From assembly GCA_049291875.1 (NCBI GenBank), contig JBATQE010000037.1:7384-71383 (forward strand): a stretch of 64,000 nucleotides of DNA, written 5' to 3'. The notes below the pieces were generated by a model that did no database searches, was not told the origin of the DNA, and saw nothing but the letters and a program-made list of their open reading frames with translations. This document shows positions 50,462 to 60,932 of this stretch, one piece after another. This DNA comes from Burkholderiaceae bacterium. Its GTDB lineage: Bacteria > Pseudomonadota > Gammaproteobacteria > Burkholderiales > Burkholderiaceae. Position 1 is the first letter of the stretch; each line of letters starts with the position of its first letter. Position numbers and translations under genes: made by a program.

Positions 50462-50706
50462 ACACCAATACCGAACAGCGCGCAGAGGGCGCGCAGTTGA
50501 TCAAAATGGCCAATCAAATCGGCCAGTTTTTCGAGGCGAACGGCGCACCCGAGGAAATGGGACAACAGGCACTGGCGCACATCGAGGCTTTTTGGGCGCC
50601 CATGATGTGCGCGCAGATGAAAAAGCTATTGCAAACAGGTCATGCGCAGGGACTGAGTCCCTTCATGCAGGCCGCATTTATACGGGCGGGTTGGGACAAA
50701 CCGTAA
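50458..50706 (+). CDS. fdsD: NAD-dependent formate dehydrogenase delta subunit
   Basis: 82 aa with 'LIKMANQIGQFFEA...AHIEAFWAPMM', typical of FdsD. ATGA overlap with the fdhD stop. Confidence 0.7.
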   Translation: MNTNTEQRAEGAQLIKMANQIGQFFEANGAPEEMGQQALAHIEAFWAPMMCAQMKKLLQTGHAQGLSPFMQAAFIRAGWDKP

Positions 50707-50881
50707 ATCTTAAAAGCAGCAAAAATGCGGATAAGCAATCTATTTCGCACAGTCATCAAATACAGACCGAAGTTTTGAATCCTCTATGTAAAAAGGGAAA
50801 AGTTACCTATAACTTTGCCTGAAACAGGTATATCCTGTGCGTAGCACTATCTTCATTCATCTAATAACAAAGGAGTGTTTT

Positions 50882-51618
50882 ATGCGTCACACATTCATGC
50901 TTCGTTCTGTATTGATTGCTGCCTTGTTGGCAGTATGTACCGTGGCTTCGGCCAAAGGGCCGAAAGTGCCTTACACCCAGCCCGGCATGACCGAAAACGA
51001 CCGTACCCATGAAAATGAGGTGAATTGGGTTTCGGCTGTGGATATTGAAAAAAGCCTGCAAGGCAAACGCAAAATAACCGTGGGCTTTGACATTGACGAC
51101 ACGGCATTGGTCTCCAGTCAATGTTTTTACTAGGTAAAAACAAATACTCGCCGACCAATTACGACTATTTGCACAATCAAGAGTTTTGGGATTATGTCGC
51201 CGATGGCTGCGATCTGAGTTCGATTCCGAAAGAATCGGCGAGAAAACTCATCGATATGCACGTCAAGCGCGGCGATCAAGTGGTGTTCATCACCGGCCGC
51301 ACGCCGCACAGCAGCTATGATGGCAAATCGATGGACTCGTTGTCTTTGCTGATGCAAAAGACGTTTAACATCCCGAATATGAAACCGGTGATTTACACCC
51401 GCGATGAAGTGGTGAAGCCGTATCAACACGATAAAAGCTATTACATCAAACAGGCCAACGTGAAGCTGTTTTACGGCGACTCGGACGGTGATATTTTGGC
51501 CGCGCGTGAAGTTGGCGTGCGTGGCATTCGCGTCATTCGCTCTGCAGTCAGTACCAATCGGCCTTTGCCGATGAACGGCGGCTATGGTGAGGAAGTGGTG
51601 CGTGATTCGTGGTATTGA
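50882..51618 (+). pseudogene. aphA: Class B acid phosphatase AphA, interrupted by a 1-nt frameshift in a T5 run
   Basis: ORF 50882-51133 (signal peptide, '[13 protein letters not shown]') and ORF 51121-51618 ('[26 protein letters not shown]', '[22 protein letters not shown]') together align colinearly with E. coli AphA. The frames join at 'TGTTTTTAC' (51122-51130). Confidence 0.75.
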
Positions 51619-51760
51619 GTTTGTTTTGCTCTCAATCAACAGCCATTGGGTAGCCAATGGCTGTTTTCATTGATTGGTACGGGACGACGGTTATAATGCC
51701 CAAGTGCGCAGATGTTTGTTGCGTCAATATGATTCAGTTAAAACCATCATCAGGAAAAGA

Positions 51761-52210
51761 ATGACACAAATTTGGGTGGATGCCGACGCATGTCCGCGCG
51801 CGGTCAAAGAGGTGATTTATCGGGCGGCGCGGCGCACGCAGATGGTGACCACTTTGGTGGCGAATCAAATGTTGTTGACGCCGCCATCGCCGTTTATCAA
51901 GGCAATTCAAGTGCCTGCGGGCATGGATGTGGCGGACAATGAAATTGTGCGGCGTGCGTCAGCGCAGGATTTGGTGATTACGGCGGACATTCCGCTGGCG
52001 GCGCAAATCGTTGAGATGGGTGCGCTGGCGCTCAATCCACGCGGTGAATGGTATACCCGCGAAAATGTACGCGCGTTTTTGTCGATGCGTGACTTTATGC
52101 AGCATTTGCGCGACTCTGGGACGCAAACCGGCGGTCCTGCCGCATTGTCGGCACGCGATGTACAGGCATTTGCCAATGCTTTGGATGGTTGGCTGGCGAA
52201 ACAACGCTGA
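51761..52210 (+). CDS. yaiI: YaiI/YqxD family protein (DUF188)
   Basis: Start '[12 protein letters not shown]', typical of the family. 149 aa. The upstream ORF extension is rejected. Confidence 0.75.
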   Translation: MTQIWVDADACPRAVKEVIYRAARRTQMVTTLVANQMLLTPPSPFIKAIQVPAGMDVADNEIVRRASAQDLVITADIPLAAQIVEMGALALNPRGEWYTRENVRAFLSMRDFMQHLRDSGTQTGGPAALSARDVQAFANALDGWLAKQR

Positions 52211-52261
52211 TAAAATGGTGCTGATAAAGCGGCGCTGAAGCGCTGTTGCCAAAATAGTGTT

Positions 52262-53017
52262 TTACGGAACGATTACTTCACGGTAGTTGGGAAAAATGAC
52301 CGGCATGAGGTGGTTCGGCAAAAAATAGCGCGAGAAACAACGCGAACTCGAACCGACATGCACCAGATGCAGGCACAATCCTTCGGTGTCGGGCGTGGTG
52401 ATGACGGCGCATTGGTCTTTGAGCAGGGCTTTGACAAAATACTCGTCCTCGCAAAAGCTCAACGGCTCGAATGGATGTTGCACGGCGGCCGCGCGTCGAT
52501 ACACATACGAGAATCCGTAAAACACGATGAAATCCGCGCCGATCTGCATTTTGTCATGAAAGATGACGTGTTCTATTTCCTCGCGGTTCAGCACGTAGTG
52601 GTGGCCGGTTTTGGCAGTCAAATCCATGTAGCCAAAAAAATCCTGCTTGGGCGCGTGTAGATAAAAAGCCGAGAGTTTGATCAAATCCGCCTGATTTTGT
52701 ACTAAATGGCCGAGCATTATGCGCAGGTAGTCGGGCGCGTAGTGATCGTCATCGTCAAAATGCGCGATGTAGTCGTATTGCGCCCGTTCAATCATTTGAT
52801 TGCGTTTTTCCCCGATGCTCAGCGGCACGCTGCTGTGCATATAGGTGATGCGCGGGTCGGTCTGTGCCGTTGCGATCATCCATGCATTGGGCGTGGGCGA
52901 GTCGTCAAATACCAGCCATTCCCAGTTGACTTCGCGCTGCCGGCAAATGCAGTCGTACAGCGCAGGCAGGTAATGGCTGCGGTTGGCGGTCGGGGTGATG
53001 AGGGAAACGTTGGTCAT
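52262..53017 (-). CDS. Glycosyltransferase family 2 protein
   Basis: 'VSLITPTANR' N-terminal Rossmann start, 'LVFDDSP' and 'IAHFDDDDHY' (DxD). 251 aa. Sits 6 nt downstream of the preceding gene. Confidence 0.7.
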   Translation of the reverse strand: MTNVSLITPTANRSHYLPALYDCICRQREVNWEWLVFDDSPTPNAWMIATAQTDPRITYMHSSVPLSIGEKRNQMIERAQYDYIAHFDDDDHYAPDYLRIMLGHLVQNQADLIKLSAFYLHAPKQDFFGYMDLTAKTGHHYVLNREEIEHVIFHDKMQIGADFIVFYGFSYVYRRAAAVQHPFEPLSFCEDEYFVKALLKDQCAVITTPDTEGLCLHLVHVGSSSRCFSRYFLPNHLMPVIFPNYREVIVP

Positions 53018-53023
53018 GTCGAT

Positions 53024-53854
53024 TTAGCTTCGTACCGTACGCCACCATTTGCGCAATGGGGCGATGCTGACCAAACCCTCGAATAATTCAGTCGGGTCTT
53101 GCGCGATCAGCGTGAGCAAATCGGCACGCAGATTCATCAGTGTGTGCCAACTGCGTATGGATTTTTGCTGCGTTTTGCTGAGGGCGCGGTATTGCGTTTG
53201 GTAGTTCGCTAATTCAGATTGCGCGTGGGCGATGAGTTTTTCAAGCAGCGGTTTGAGCGGCTGCGCACGGTTTTGGCTGAGTGATGTCGAGAGCAGAATA
53301 TGGGCGGGCGTGTCGGTTTCCTTGAGCCACTGCATCGGAATCCAAATGCGTTGATGGCTCAGATTGTGACCGATGTGGCGAATCTGATCAATCCACCACA
53401 GCGCACGACCGGCGGACTGAATCAGCTCATCGGGAACTGACGCATGGATCAATATGAACCATAACCGCGCAAATTCTCCGCCAATCGCATCTATGGTCGG
53501 CTGCAATTGCGCTAAATCTTCTACGCGGTTCAAATGGTGCCAGTGCATGTGTCCGTGCAGCAGCATCTGCAGGGCTTCGGCGTGCTTGTCCGACCAATCG
53601 GCCGCGTACAGGGCGCGCAGAGCAGGGTGCTCAATGGCTTTTGCAGGCTCGGCTTCCAGTTCATGATGCCACCAATTGAGCGTGGTCACGGCCTGATGAT
53701 TGTCGGCGTAATTCGCGGCCTCGCGCCATTTACGGTGTAGGGCGTACAGCCCGAGCAGCGATTGATGCGCCGATTCGGGGGCTTTGTTCAGCGCATAGTA
53801 CACACTGCTGGCTGAGTAGGGCTGCGGCTCGATGGTGAGAAGGGTTTCGGACAT
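53024..53854 (-). CDS. Squalene/phytoene synthase family protein with degenerate Asp-rich motifs
   Basis: Family-like pattern 'SSVYYAL...LLGLYALHRKWREAANYAD...LNWWHHELE'. 'REAANYAD' stands where 'REVDDxxD' is expected, and 'QIRHIGHNLSHQRIWIP' stands where 'LRDxxED..GRxYxP' is expected. Confidence 0.55.
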   Translation of the reverse strand: MSETLLTIEPQPYSASSVYYALNKAPESAHQSLLGLYALHRKWREAANYADNHQAVTTLNWWHHELEAEPAKAIEHPALRALYAADWSDKHAEALQMLLHGHMHWHHLNRVEDLAQLQPTIDAIGGEFARLWFILIHASVPDELIQSAGRALWWIDQIRHIGHNLSHQRIWIPMQWLKETDTPAHILLSTSLSQNRAQPLKPLLEKLIAHAQSELANYQTQYRALSKTQQKSIRSWHTLMNLRADLLTLIAQDPTELFEGLVSIAPLRKWWRTVRS

Positions 53855-53885
53855 GGCTTGGCTAAAAAACGGTTTATTTGAACTA

Positions 53886-54566
53886 TTATTTGGATGGTGG
53901 TGATTTTAACCGTTTCGGGCGCGGGACGTTGGTCGAATGTTGGGTTGGCCGTTGCGTTGGACGACGTGGATTTTTGTGTGGTGCGGCGGTCGGTTTGATC
54001 GGTGCGGGATTGGGATCAATCCAAACCCATTGGCCCAAAGCCAATGTCTGAGCCATTTCGGTGTGAGACCATAGGCTGTAATCGCCGATGTGGGTGCGTA
54101 TCAGGCGCAAGGTTGGCAGTCCGACGGCGGCGGTCATGCGACGCACTTGGCGATTGCGCCCCTCGGTCAGGGTGATTTGTAACCAATGCGTCGGGATACT
54201 TTTGCGCTCGCGGATGGGTGGATTGCGCGCCCATAGCCACTCAGGTTCGTCGATGATCTGTACATCACACGGCTGGGTCAGGCCGTCGTTCAACTCAACT
54301 CCTCGGCGTAATTGTTCGCATGCGGCCTCGGATGGCGCGCCTTCGACTTGCACGCAGTAGATTTTGGGCTTTTTATGCATGGGATGGCTGATTTGGTGCT
54401 GCAGGCGACCATCGTCGGTCAGCAATACCAAGCCTTCGGAGTCGGTATCCAAACGCCCGGCGGGGTAAACATTCGGCACGCGCACATGATCTGCCAAGCT
54501 TGCGTGTTGCTCGTGCGGGGAGAATTGGCAGATCACGCCAAAGGGTTTATTGAGAAGTAGCAGCAT
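53886..54566 (-). CDS. rluE: 23S rRNA pseudouridine synthase RluE with basic C-terminal tail
   Basis: 'NKPFGVICQFS', 'AGRLDTDSEGLVLLTDDG', 'WLWARNPPIRERKSIPTHWLQITLTEGRNRQVRRMTAAVGLPTLRLIR'. Close to remembered E. coli RluE. Confidence 0.85.
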   Translation of the reverse strand: MLLLLNKPFGVICQFSPHEQHASLADHVRVPNVYPAGRLDTDSEGLVLLTDDGRLQHQISHPMHKKPKIYCVQVEGAPSEAACEQLRRGVELNDGLTQPCDVQIIDEPEWLWARNPPIRERKSIPTHWLQITLTEGRNRQVRRMTAAVGLPTLRLIRTHIGDYSLWSHTEMAQTLALGQWVWIDPNPAPIKPTAAPHKNPRRPTQRPTQHSTNVPRPKRLKSPPSK

Positions 54567-54802
54567 AAATCACTTAAAATTTCATATTACAGAAAAACAT
54601 GGCGCATGATGACAAAATAATTGGTATTTTGCTTGCAAATGGGGTGCAATACAAAGCAAAATGGGGCATAATTTAGTCCGATCAGTCTTATACAAGACTT
54701 AATTCATCGATCTAAAAACGAATAAAATAATGTGAGCTGTCCCACAAAGGCACGCATATTATCCAATCCGACCGATATCCATCCAAATATAAAGGAGAGA
54801 CC

Positions 54803-56050
<1,248 letters not shown>

Positions 56051-56082
56051 TTGGATTGAAAACGGATCCATTGCGAATAGTT

Positions 56083-56112
56083 AAAAAAGGCAGTCAACGA
56101 CTGCCTTTTTTA
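56083..56112 (+). terminator. Rho-independent terminator after icd
   Basis: 'AAAAAAGGCAGTC-AAC-GACTGCCTTTTTT'. Confidence 0.8.
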
Positions 56113-56198
56113 TCCGCTGTCCATTGTTAAACAGGTCAAACTATTCGTAAAATGCCATATGGATTCCGTCATCAACCGTATTTCACCATCCATTTTCT

Positions 56199-57440
56199 AT
56201 GACGCAAGCGAATATTGAGCCGGGGCAAACACCCGCAGAGCCATCGGTCAAATCCTTCCCCAGTTCGCCTCGCTTAAATGCGCGGCGTGCGAGTGCTGAG
56301 CATGAGTCAATGTCTGCGTCATCGGCACAACCGACGGCGGAGGTGGCTGCGTCACTTACTTCAACCGACCAAACAAGTACAGTGGCGGCCAATGGGCATC
56401 CGGCGCAGGCCACGCACGCTACAAACGTCTCGCACACGCCGCAGGCCACGCCTAAAAAGCCGAAAGACTTTTCGAGTTTTTTTCCTAATCATTTGGGGGG
56501 TGGGCATGATTATCAACTGAGCAAACTGCGTGTCGCCAATCGCGAAGTATTCGCGCTGACCCGCCGTCAAGCGAAATGGCAGGATTTTTACCACGCGAGC
56601 ATGACCAGCCCGTGGTGGCAGTTCATAGCGTGGTCGGCGGCTGCGTTTTTATTGATTAATCTAATTTTTACATTGCTGTATCTTGTGAAAATCGATGGCA
56701 TTGGCAATGTGCCGCATGGCAAACCGTGGTTGGTGTTTTTTTTCTCCGTGGAGACTTTCGCGACGGTCGGCTATGGCAATATGTATCCGATCAGTCTTTA
56801 TACGCACACGATTGCGATGATTGAGTCGTATTCGGGTTTGTTATATTCGGCGGTGATTACCGGTTTGGCGTTTGCGCGCTTTGCCCGACCGCGCGCACGG
56901 ATTATTTTTGCCAAGCAGGCGGTCATCGGTCGGCATGAAGGCCAAATGATGTGGATGACGCGCGTGGCGAATGAGCGGCACAACCACATCAATGGTGCTG
57001 AAGCCAAACTTTGGCTGGTGCGCACGGCGGTAAATGAAGAAGGGCAGACCTTTCGCCGCTACACCGAATTGGCGTTGCGACATAAATCCAACCCAATGTT
57101 TGTTTTGAATTGGACCATCATGCATCCGATCACGCGCAACAGTCCGCTATACGGTATGAGCGCCGAGGACTGGGCGCAGGAGGATTTTCTTTTTGTGCTG
57201 GTGCTTGATGGCACCGATGAGACCATAGGCCAAAACATCAATGCGCGCCACACCTATCACCACAAAGATGTGCGTTGGTACGAACAATTCGCTGATATGA
57301 TTGAGAAAAGCCACGATGGTAAAAACATCATCAATTTTCAACGGATTCACGATACTTACGAGCAGCCGTATGACCCGAAATATGACGCACCACGAAAGGT
57401 TGGCGATACGCTTGGGCAGACGGATGAGCGCAAAGAATAA
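56199..57440 (+). CDS. Inward-rectifier-type potassium channel (KirBac family) with long low-complexity N-terminal extension
   Basis: Two TM helices flank a pore helix and the selectivity filter 'ETFATVGYGNMYP'. C-terminal Ig-like Kir cytoplasmic domain ('ARFARPRARIIF', 'FVLVLDGTDE'). The first ~95 aa are Ala/Ser/Thr/Pro/Gln-rich, so the true start may be internal. Confidence 0.8.
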   Translation: MTQANIEPGQTPAEPSVKSFPSSPRLNARRASAEHESMSASSAQPTAEVAASLTSTDQTSTVAANGHPAQATHATNVSHTPQATPKKPKDFSSFFPNHLGGGHDYQLSKLRVANREVFALTRRQAKWQDFYHASMTSPWWQFIAWSAAAFLLINLIFTLLYLVKIDGIGNVPHGKPWLVFFFSVETFATVGYGNMYPISLYTHTIAMIESYSGLLYSAVITGLAFARFARPRARIIFAKQAVIGRHEGQMMWMTRVANERHNHINGAEAKLWLVRTAVNEEGQTFRRYTELALRHKSNPMFVLNWTIMHPITRNSPLYGMSAEDWAQEDFLFVLVLDGTDETIGQNINARHTYHHKDVRWYEQFADMIEKSHDGKNIINFQRIHDTYEQPYDPKYDAPRKVGDTLGQTDERKE

Positions 57441-57480
57441 GCACAAAGAATGAGCAATTTTTATTTGATAAGGAGCCAAT

Positions 57481-57981
57481 ATGAGCATTGCAACCACGGA
57501 TTTATGCGACCAATTTGAAAATGACATTCACGCGGGATTGATTCATGTGTTGCCGCCGGTTTTCCAGAGTTTCGGTCAAGCGCAGGCATTTCATGGGCAA
57601 GCCGTGACCTTTAAGGTCTTTGAGGACAATACCCTGATTAAAAAAGCATTGGAGAACGACAATGGCACGGGCAAAGTCATGGTGATCGATGGGGGTGCCA
57701 GTGTGCGCTGCGCGCTGGTCGGTGGCAATATTGCCAAAGCAGGCACGCAAAACGGTTGGGCGGGCATCGTCGTCGATGGCTGCGTGCGCGATACAGGTGA
57801 AATCAACGAGCTGGCGATAGGCGTGCGTGCGTTGGCCGCCATGCCGTTGCGTTCGCTGAAAAAAGGAGCAGGCGAGCGCGATTTGGGTGTGCACATTCAA
57901 GGCGTGCGCGTGAATCCGGGTGACTGGATATATGCAGACGCGGACGGCATTGTGGTCAGCCCGAAAGCATTGCATGAGTAA
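57481..57981 (+). CDS. rraA: RraA family protein (RNase E regulator / HMG-oxaloacetate aldolase fold)
   Basis: 'TTDLCDQF', 'KVMVIDGGAS' and 'GWAGIVVDGCVRD'. 166 aa. Confidence 0.85.
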   Translation: MSIATTDLCDQFENDIHAGLIHVLPPVFQSFGQAQAFHGQAVTFKVFEDNTLIKKALENDNGTGKVMVIDGGASVRCALVGGNIAKAGTQNGWAGIVVDGCVRDTGEINELAIGVRALAAMPLRSLKKGAGERDLGVHIQGVRVNPGDWIYADADGIVVSPKALHE

Positions 57982-58154
57982 AATCTGCGCTTGATTGGAT
58001 GGTTTTTATCCGGCTTTTTTATCGCTAATCCAATCAAAATAGGTTATCATTCAGTCACACCGTTTGAATGATTTTTGGGTGATGGTTTTGTGGCAGAGGT
58101 CTTCTCCAGCGTGAAACCATGAGTTAGAAAAACTACTTTTTAAAGGACAAAGAC

Positions 58155-58376
58155 ATGTTTCCAGAATATCGCGATTTGATTCATCGCCTCAAAACTGAAG
58201 ATGCTCATTTTCACAATCTGTTTGAGAAACATCATGAGCTGGATCACAAAATCAAAAACATGGAAACACACGTGATTCACGGCACGCACGAAGAAATCGA
58301 AGAGCTGAAAAAAGAAAAGCTGCATTTGAAGGATCAGTTGTACGCGATTTTACGCAAGGCTTCCGCCGAGTCGTAA
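58155..58376 (+). CDS. DUF465 (YdcH-like) small protein
   Basis: 73 aa with 'FHNLFEKHHELDHKIKNME', typical of DUF465. Followed by a strong terminator. Confidence 0.75.
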   Translation: MFPEYRDLIHRLKTEDAHFHNLFEKHHELDHKIKNMETHVIHGTHEEIEELKKEKLHLKDQLYAILRKASAES

Positions 58377-58383
58377 TGAATCA

Positions 58384-58416
58384 AAAACGGGTTTGAGATC
58401 AAACCCGTTTTTTTAT
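58384..58416 (+). terminator. Rho-independent terminator after the DUF465 gene
   Basis: 'AACGGGTTT-GAGATC-AAACCCGTT' followed by 'TTTTTAT'. Confidence 0.8.
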
Positions 58417-58581
58417 AGTCCTGTTCAAATTCAACGTTTGACCTCTGGAGCAATCGAGCCGGTGTTTGCTCTATTTGTGTTATAGTCAGCCAACGAACGT
58501 ATCCATATGAGAGCAATTAATGGATGCATCATAGCAACCGATGGGTCATCTATTGAGTCTAAATTATTGAAGGAGCTTGCC

Positions 58582-59013
58582 ATGGAGTGTGAATTCCCAA
58601 CCGTTAATGCCGCTTCGGATGAAATCCGCGTGATTTTTAACGAGGTTAAAACCATCGCTGTGGTGGGTTTGTCGCCTGATCCGAGTAAAGACAGTCATCA
58701 TGTGGCGGAGTATTTGCAGCAAGCGGGTTATAAAATCGTACCGATTTATCCCAAAGACATCACGATTTTGGGTGAAAAAGCCTATCCATCGCTGGCGGAT
58801 GTGCCATTCGCGATTGATATGGTTGATATTTTCCGCAAACCTGAGGCTTTGGATGCGATTGCCGATGCGGCGATTGCGCGTGGTGATGTGAAAGTCTTTT
58901 GGTCGCAGTTGGGCGTGGTCAATAATGCGGCGGCGGAAAAGGCCAAAGCCGCAGGCATGCGTGTGGTGCAAAACAAATGTACGCTGGTGGAGCATCGTAA
59001 ACTCGGCGTGTGA
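58582..59013 (+). CDS. yccU: CoA-binding domain protein (YccU-like)
   Basis: Start 'MECEF' with 'GAAGGAG' RBS. 'IAVVGLSPDPSKDSHHVAEYLQQAGYKIVPIYPK' and 'VDIFRKPEA'. Confidence 0.8.
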   Translation: MECEFPTVNAASDEIRVIFNEVKTIAVVGLSPDPSKDSHHVAEYLQQAGYKIVPIYPKDITILGEKAYPSLADVPFAIDMVDIFRKPEALDAIADAAIARGDVKVFWSQLGVVNNAAAEKAKAAGMRVVQNKCTLVEHRKLGV

Positions 59014-59240
59014 TGAGTGGATGCCAGAAATCGTTTGCAATATACGCCATGCGGATCGTGAAGGCTAAAATGACAAAAACTCAAATGGTCACCGTAATTG
59101 CCTATGTCGCCTTTATCGCTTATGAGTTTTATTTGGCGAGCTTGCCCACACAGGGAAATATTCGTATTGATTGGCTGATTTTTCCACCGATACTGATAGT
59201 GTTGAGCTTGATCTCGCTGTATCAATATGTGCGCAAGTAA
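59010..59240 (+). CDS. Possible small membrane protein (hypothetical)
   Basis: ORF with two hydrophobic segments ('VTVIAYVAFIAYEFYL', 'LIFPPILIVLSLISLY'). No family recognised. Start is ambiguous. Confidence 0.3.
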   Translation: MMSGCQKSFAIYAMRIVKAKMTKTQMVTVIAYVAFIAYEFYLASLPTQGNIRIDWLIFPPILIVLSLISLYQYVRK

Positions 59241-59263
59241 GCCAAGCGTTGTAGTTTAATTGA

Positions 59264-59290
59264 CATCAACGTCATCAACGTCATCAATGA
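59264..59290 (+). repeat. Short tandem repeat, three 9-bp units (CATCAACGT CATCAACGT CATCAATGA)
   Basis: Read directly in the intergenic region between the small ORF and panD. Confidence 0.85.
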
Positions 59291-59340
59291 TAGGGAGTGT
59301 GATGGGTTACCACAGTTCAGATTGCTTGTATTCATTATAA

Positions 59341-59373
59341 GAAACGGACATCGATGAATTTGATGTCCGTTTC
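59341..59373. terminator. 12-bp-stem hairpin between convergent genes (panD and the small ORF)
   Basis: 'GAAACGGACATC-GATGAATTT-GATGTCCGTTTC'. Only weak T-rich flanks. Confidence 0.5.
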
Positions 59374-59387
59374 TCATCTGAGCATAG

Positions 59388-59774
59388 TCACAGAACCGTA
59401 TGCGCCGGTTCGTAATGAATGATTTCTTTGATGCGGTTGCGCTCGTCCATAATCACGACATTCGGGCGATGCTGTGCCAGTTCATCATTCGAGATTTGCA
59501 CATAGGACATGATAATCACCACATCACCGGTCTGCACCATGCGCGCTGCTGCGCCGTTCAGGCAAATCACGCCCGAGCCGCGTTGGCCCGCGATGGTGTA
59601 GGTTTCAAACCGAGCGCCGTTATGGTTGTTCACGATTTGTACTTTTTCGTGTACGGCAATGTTCGCGGCATCCAAGATGTCTTGGTCAATGGTGACGCTG
59701 CCGACGTAGTTCAGATCGGCTTCAGTGACCGTGGCACGGTGAATTTTGCCGTTGAGCAGGGTGCGTAGCATCAT
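59388..59774 (-). CDS. panD: Aspartate 1-decarboxylase proenzyme
   Basis: '[31 protein letters not shown]' includes the G-S self-cleavage site. Confidence 0.9.
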   Translation of the reverse strand: MMLRTLLNGKIHRATVTEADLNYVGSVTIDQDILDAANIAVHEKVQIVNNHNGARFETYTIAGQRGSGVICLNGAAARMVQTGDVVIIMSYVQISNDELAQHRPNVVIMDERNRIKEIIHYEPAHTVL

Positions 59775-59776
59775 GT

Positions 59777-60847
59777 TTAGATCACCACGGTGGGCGCTTC
59801 ACCGGCTGGCAGGGCGCGAATTTCGCCCAGCGTGAACACGGTTTCGCCTTGCGCGCTCAGAATCTTACGTGCTTGGTTCGTGTCGTTGGCCGAGACAATC
59901 ACCACCATGCCGATGCCGCAGTTGAACACTCGGTGCATTTCGTCGTCCGAGATATTGCCGGCCTGTTGTAACCATTGGAACAGCGGTGAGCGCGTCCATG
60001 AGTTGGCGTGAATGACCGCTTGCAAGCCGTCCGGCAGCACGCGTGGTACGTTTTCGGTCAGACCGCCGCCGGTGATGTGTGCCATGCCTTTGATGTTGAT
60101 TTGTTCGAGCGTTGCCAAAATCGGTTTGACGTAAATGCGGGTGGGGGCGCTGATGGCTTGTTGCAACGTGACGCCGCCCATATCCATGTTCAGATCGGCT
60201 TTGGAGACTTCGAGTACTTTGCGCACCAGTGAAAAGCCATTCGAGTGTACGCCGTTGGAGGCCAAGCCCAAAATCACATCGCCTGCGCTGATGGTGCTGC
60301 CGTTGATGATTTTATCTTTTTCCACCGCACCGACTGCGAAACCGGCCAGATCGTATTCGCCGTCTGGGTACATGGTGGGCATTTCGGCGGTTTCGCCACC
60401 GATCAGGGCGCAGTTGGATTGCTCGCAACCTTGCGCGATGCCTTTGATCACATTGGCGGCGGTGTCGATGTCGAGTTTGCCGCAGGCGAAGTAGTCGAGG
60501 AAAAACAGCGGTTCGGCGCCTTGTACCAAGATGTCGTTAACGCTCATGGCGACCAAGTCAATGCCGACGGTGTCGTGAAAGCCCCATTCAAACGCGAGTT
60601 TGAGTTTGGTGCCGACACCATCCGTGCCGGAGACCAGTACCGGATTTTGGTATTTTTTGGAGATTTCAAACAGGGCACCAAAACCGCCCAATCCATTGAG
60701 CACGCCTTCGCGCATGGTTTTTTTGGCGTAGGGTTTGATGCGTTCGACCAGCGCATCACCGGCGTCGATGTCTACACCGGCATCTTTGTAGGATAATCCT
60801 GCATTCGCTTGATTTTCTGTGTTGGGATGTTGGGGCTGATTCGCCAT
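59777..60847 (-). CDS. purM: Phosphoribosylformylglycinamidine cyclo-ligase (AIR synthetase)
   Basis: '[14 protein letters not shown]', '[13 protein letters not shown]' and 'GGETAEMP'. Start set at ATG 60847 ('MANQPQ'). The 64-codon upstream extension is rejected. Confidence 0.9.
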   Translation of the reverse strand: MANQPQHPNTENQANAGLSYKDAGVDIDAGDALVERIKPYAKKTMREGVLNGLGGFGALFEISKKYQNPVLVSGTDGVGTKLKLAFEWGFHDTVGIDLVAMSVNDILVQGAEPLFFLDYFACGKLDIDTAANVIKGIAQGCEQSNCALIGGETAEMPTMYPDGEYDLAGFAVGAVEKDKIINGSTISAGDVILGLASNGVHSNGFSLVRKVLEVSKADLNMDMGGVTLQQAISAPTRIYVKPILATLEQINIKGMAHITGGGLTENVPRVLPDGLQAVIHANSWTRSPLFQWLQQAGNISDDEMHRVFNCGIGMVVIVSANDTNQARKILSAQGETVFTLGEIRALPAGEAPTVVI

Positions 60848-60932
60848 AATGCCTAAAAGTCCTATAGAATATGGGTTTATTCGGGTACGCGCCATTTTGC
60901 GCGATGTGTTGGTTTGATTTAAGGGAAAACCG

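Noticed and set aside
59264-59290. CRISPR-like repeat array
   Set aside because: It consists of only three contiguous 9-bp units with no spacers. No cas genes occur anywhere in the window.
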